DNA of 63,419 nucleotides, the filler included. It is 6 parts of 6 records of this genome, joined end to end, with 100 filler letters (N's around TTAATTAATTAA, not from the genome) between each part and the next. Parts side by side here need not be neighbours in the genome. Positions count along the whole stretch, not along the records: positions 56,894 to 63,419 come from SRR31156797_11266; 5 more parts are not named here. One strand, given 5' to 3'. This document shows, in pieces, positions 61,048 to 63,419 of the stretch. Both the position numbers and the translations under genes were made by a program. The first letter of the stretch is position 1. Each line of letters opens with the position of its first letter. Below the pieces are notes generated by a model. That model saw only the letters and a program-made list of their open reading frames with translations. It was not told the origin of the DNA and did not search any database.

Positions 61048-61716
61048 TTAGCATTTTTTTAATACAAAATTTGCTTCTCCGCTTTTCTCTAATAATTGTT
61101 TTGCTATTTCAGCAACACTTTTTGGAGAGCTTAAAAAATCTTCCATTTCAGTAAGTGAAAAGTTTTCTAAAAATTCTGCATCTGCAATTAATATTTTATC
61201 TCCCTGAGTAAAAAAATATTCATGCATGTTTGCAATTAAAACTTTATTTTTTCCTAATGCATTAGATATTTTTTTACTAAAAGGGTGTGATTTTAATCTA
61301 TCATAATCTATTATTCCCATTTTGAATAACTGATACGCTTCAGTATCTTCGTCAGTTATTTGTTTTAACTCGCCGTCACTATAAACATATAAGCCTGCAT
61401 TACCAACATGCGCAATTATAAGTTCTTTTTCATCTTGATAATAACATACTACACTTATCTCTGTTTTCCTTTCGGCAAAAACTTCAGTATTTATTTCTTG
61501 CAATGTTTCTCTCAAACAACCTTTTATATTATTCTTTTGAAAATCAGCATTAAATTTCTCAAGAATTTTTTTTGATACTTGATCTACATCTACAAATTCA
61601 TCTTTTGAACTGCAAAGAACATAAAACTTTTCATCATCACTTACAACACTTCCGTTTCCAAGTGCTTCAAATTGAGCTTTATTATTTTTTGTAAAAATTT
61701 TTGATAAAAATTTCAT
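61048..61716 (-). CDS. Degenerate PP2C/PrpC-like protein
   Basis: IAHVGNAGLY, LKQIT, HP....ISNALG, GDKILI; metal-binding Asp motifs altered. Confidence 0.65.
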   Translation of the reverse strand: MKFLSKIFTKNNKAQFEALGNGSVVSDDEKFYVLCSSKDEFVDVDQVSKKILEKFNADFQKNNIKGCLRETLQEINTEVFAERKTEISVVCYYQDEKELIIAHVGNAGLYVYSDGELKQITDEDTEAYQLFKMGIIDYDRLKSHPFSKKISNALGKNKVLIANMHEYFFTQGDKILIADAEFLENFSLTEMEDFLSSPKSVAEIAKQLLEKSGEANFVLKKC

Positions 61717-61944
61717 TGCTCCTCCTTTAATTACTTCACTGTATATTTTTCTAAACAGTTTAATTACAGACCTCTGACTTTATATAACTAGTTATAAATC
61801 TTATTAATTTATCTTCCAGATTATAAATCACTTAACTTAAGCATAACTTAAATAAATCGCAAAAATAAACAGATCAAAAAATTTTAAATTAATATCATAA
61901 AAATTTAATTTTTCTAATCTGTTTATATCTAAAGCACATTATAA

Positions 61945-63417
61945 TTAACTAGACGAAAGAGATAAATATTCTACTTTATTTCTTCCACCTTCTTTTGCTT
62001 TATACAAGGCTTCATCAGCAACATCTAGTAGTTTTTTATCTGAAAGTCTACCACTAGGATAAGTTGATGCCACGCCTATTGTTATCGTTACAAAGCTGGA
62101 TATATCAGAATGTTCGTGAGTTAATCTAAGCTCATCTTCAACATGCTTTCTAAGTTTTTCAGCTAATTCTACTGAATTCTCCAGTTCAGTATCAGGTAGG
62201 ACAACTACAAATTCATCTCCGCCATATCTTGCAACTAAATCTATTGCTCTTTTAAAAAACTGATCAGCTGCTTTTGCAATTTTTATGATACACTCATCAC
62301 CTGCTAAGTGACCATAATTATCATTATATTGTTTGAATCTATCAATATCAAACATAATAACTGACATCGGAGTTTTGTACCTGACAGCTCTCCACCATTC
62401 TCTTTTAATCACTTCTTCGAATCTTCTTCTATTTGCTATCTCAGTTAAACCATCTTTTAGAGATAGTGATAATAATTTCTGATTTACATCTTTTAATTTC
62501 ATAGATTTTTGTGCATTATTTATCGCTATTGCTACATAATTGGTGAAAGCTTTAATAATCGTTTCATCTTGGGAACTATAGTCTTTCTCTGGTTTTTTAT
62601 CGAGATACAGACCTCCGACAACTCTTTCTTCTATAATAAGTGATAGATATAATTCTGAATTATTACTGCCATGAAAGATCGTTTCATCTCTGCTGTTTCT
62701 CAAATGAAACTCTTGAAATGTTCTTTCCATATGACTCTTCTTCTCAGCATTCTCTGCTTCATTTCCTGTTAAATAACTAAATTCAAAACTCTTACCTGTT
62801 TCATCATAAATTACAAGCCCAAAATCTTTTAAAGAAACTATTCTCTTAAAATACTTGTGTGTTTTAGATACAACTTTATCCAAATCAAGTACAGAAGTAA
62901 TATCTTGTCCCATTTCACTTATTACTTTAATATCATTATATAATTTCTCAACTTCTCCGGTTCTCTCTTTTAGTTTTATATTTTTAATCTGAACCAAATC
63001 TTTTTCATGTTCAATTTTGATAATTTTAAGCTGATTTTTCAAATGTAATACTTTTTTTTCAGCTTCTTTACTCTGGCTTAACTGTTCTTCTTTATAGTAA
63101 TTTTTATAATAATTAAGTGCTTCTCTATATTTTTGATTTTTCTCATAAAACTCAGCAAAATATGAGTATATCTTAGAAAGTTTCATTTTATAATTATTAT
63201 TTATTGAAATTTTATGCGTTTCTTTTAATATTTCAATAGCTTCATCTTCTTTTTTATATTTAAGTAAAAATTTATAAAAATCAAGCAAAACATTCACAAG
63301 AAAATATATAACTTCTTTCTCTTTTAGAATTTTAATTGCCTTTTCATAATTTTCACGAGCTTCAACAAACATATCTTTACTTGAATAAATTTTAGCTAAA
63401 CAAAAAAAGATATCAGG
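61945..63417 (-). CDS. TPR-GAF-GGDEF diguanylate cyclase, 5' truncated
   Basis: DGLTEIANRR, DIDRFKQYND.YGH..GD, RAID I-site, RYGGDEF; frame open to window end. Confidence 0.92.
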   Translation of the reverse strand, partial: PDIFFCLAKIYSSKDMFVEARENYEKAIKILKEKEVIYFLVNVLLDFYKFLLKYKKEDEAIEILKETHKISINNNYKMKLSKIYSYFAEFYEKNQKYREALNYYKNYYKEEQLSQSKEAEKKVLHLKNQLKIIKIEHEKDLVQIKNIKLKERTGEVEKLYNDIKVISEMGQDITSVLDLDKVVSKTHKYFKRIVSLKDFGLVIYDETGKSFEFSYLTGNEAENAEKKSHMERTFQEFHLRNSRDETIFHGSNNSELYLSLIIEERVVGGLYLDKKPEKDYSSQDETIIKAFTNYVAIAINNAQKSMKLKDVNQKLLSLSLKDGLTEIANRRRFEEVIKREWWRAVRYKTPMSVIMFDIDRFKQYNDNYGHLAGDECIIKIAKAADQFFKRAIDLVARYGGDEFVVVLPDTELENSVELAEKLRKHVEDELRLTHEHSDISSFVTITIGVASTYPSGRLSDKKLLDVADEALYKAKEGGRNKVEYLSLSSS

Positions 63418-63419
63418 TT

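Overview
The window is not one locus. It is six unrelated contig fragments joined by five 100-nt N spacers, each carrying a TTAATTAATTAA stop linker. (1) 1-13034, Desulfovibrionaceae-like: malic enzyme, TAXI-TRAP transporter, TrmJ-type methylase, truA, FapA/DUF342, a BPL_N-like protein, valS and CCGCCGGAGGC extragenic repeats. (2) 13135-23315, low-GC Clostridia-like: partial tRNA-Glu, then a DtxR/TroR-headed troABCD operon that continues into a methyltransferase-family membrane protein and a minimal sufC/sufB (SMS-type) pair, an SRPBCC protein and a nucleoside phosphorylase. (3) 23416-32645, spirochaete-like: lipid kinase/acyltransferase/HAD triad, ispH-nagD-esterase-aminopeptidase operon and a DRTGG/CBS-ATPase/DRTGG module. 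(4) 32746-43682, deltaproteobacterial tuf-S10-spc-secY-adk cluster. (5) 43783-56793, Bacteroidota: three tandem pairs of a DUF6057-like membrane protein and a TolB/PD40-like lipoprotein, each lipoprotein keeping a CxNCH motif. This is the best candidate for an undescribed system. (6) 56894-63419, very low GC: large Alu-type SRP RNA, mgtE with a non-M-box attenuator-like leader and uORF, a TIGR03545-like protein, a degenerate PP2C and a diguanylate cyclase. Taxonomic labels and family names come from sequence recognition, not database searches.
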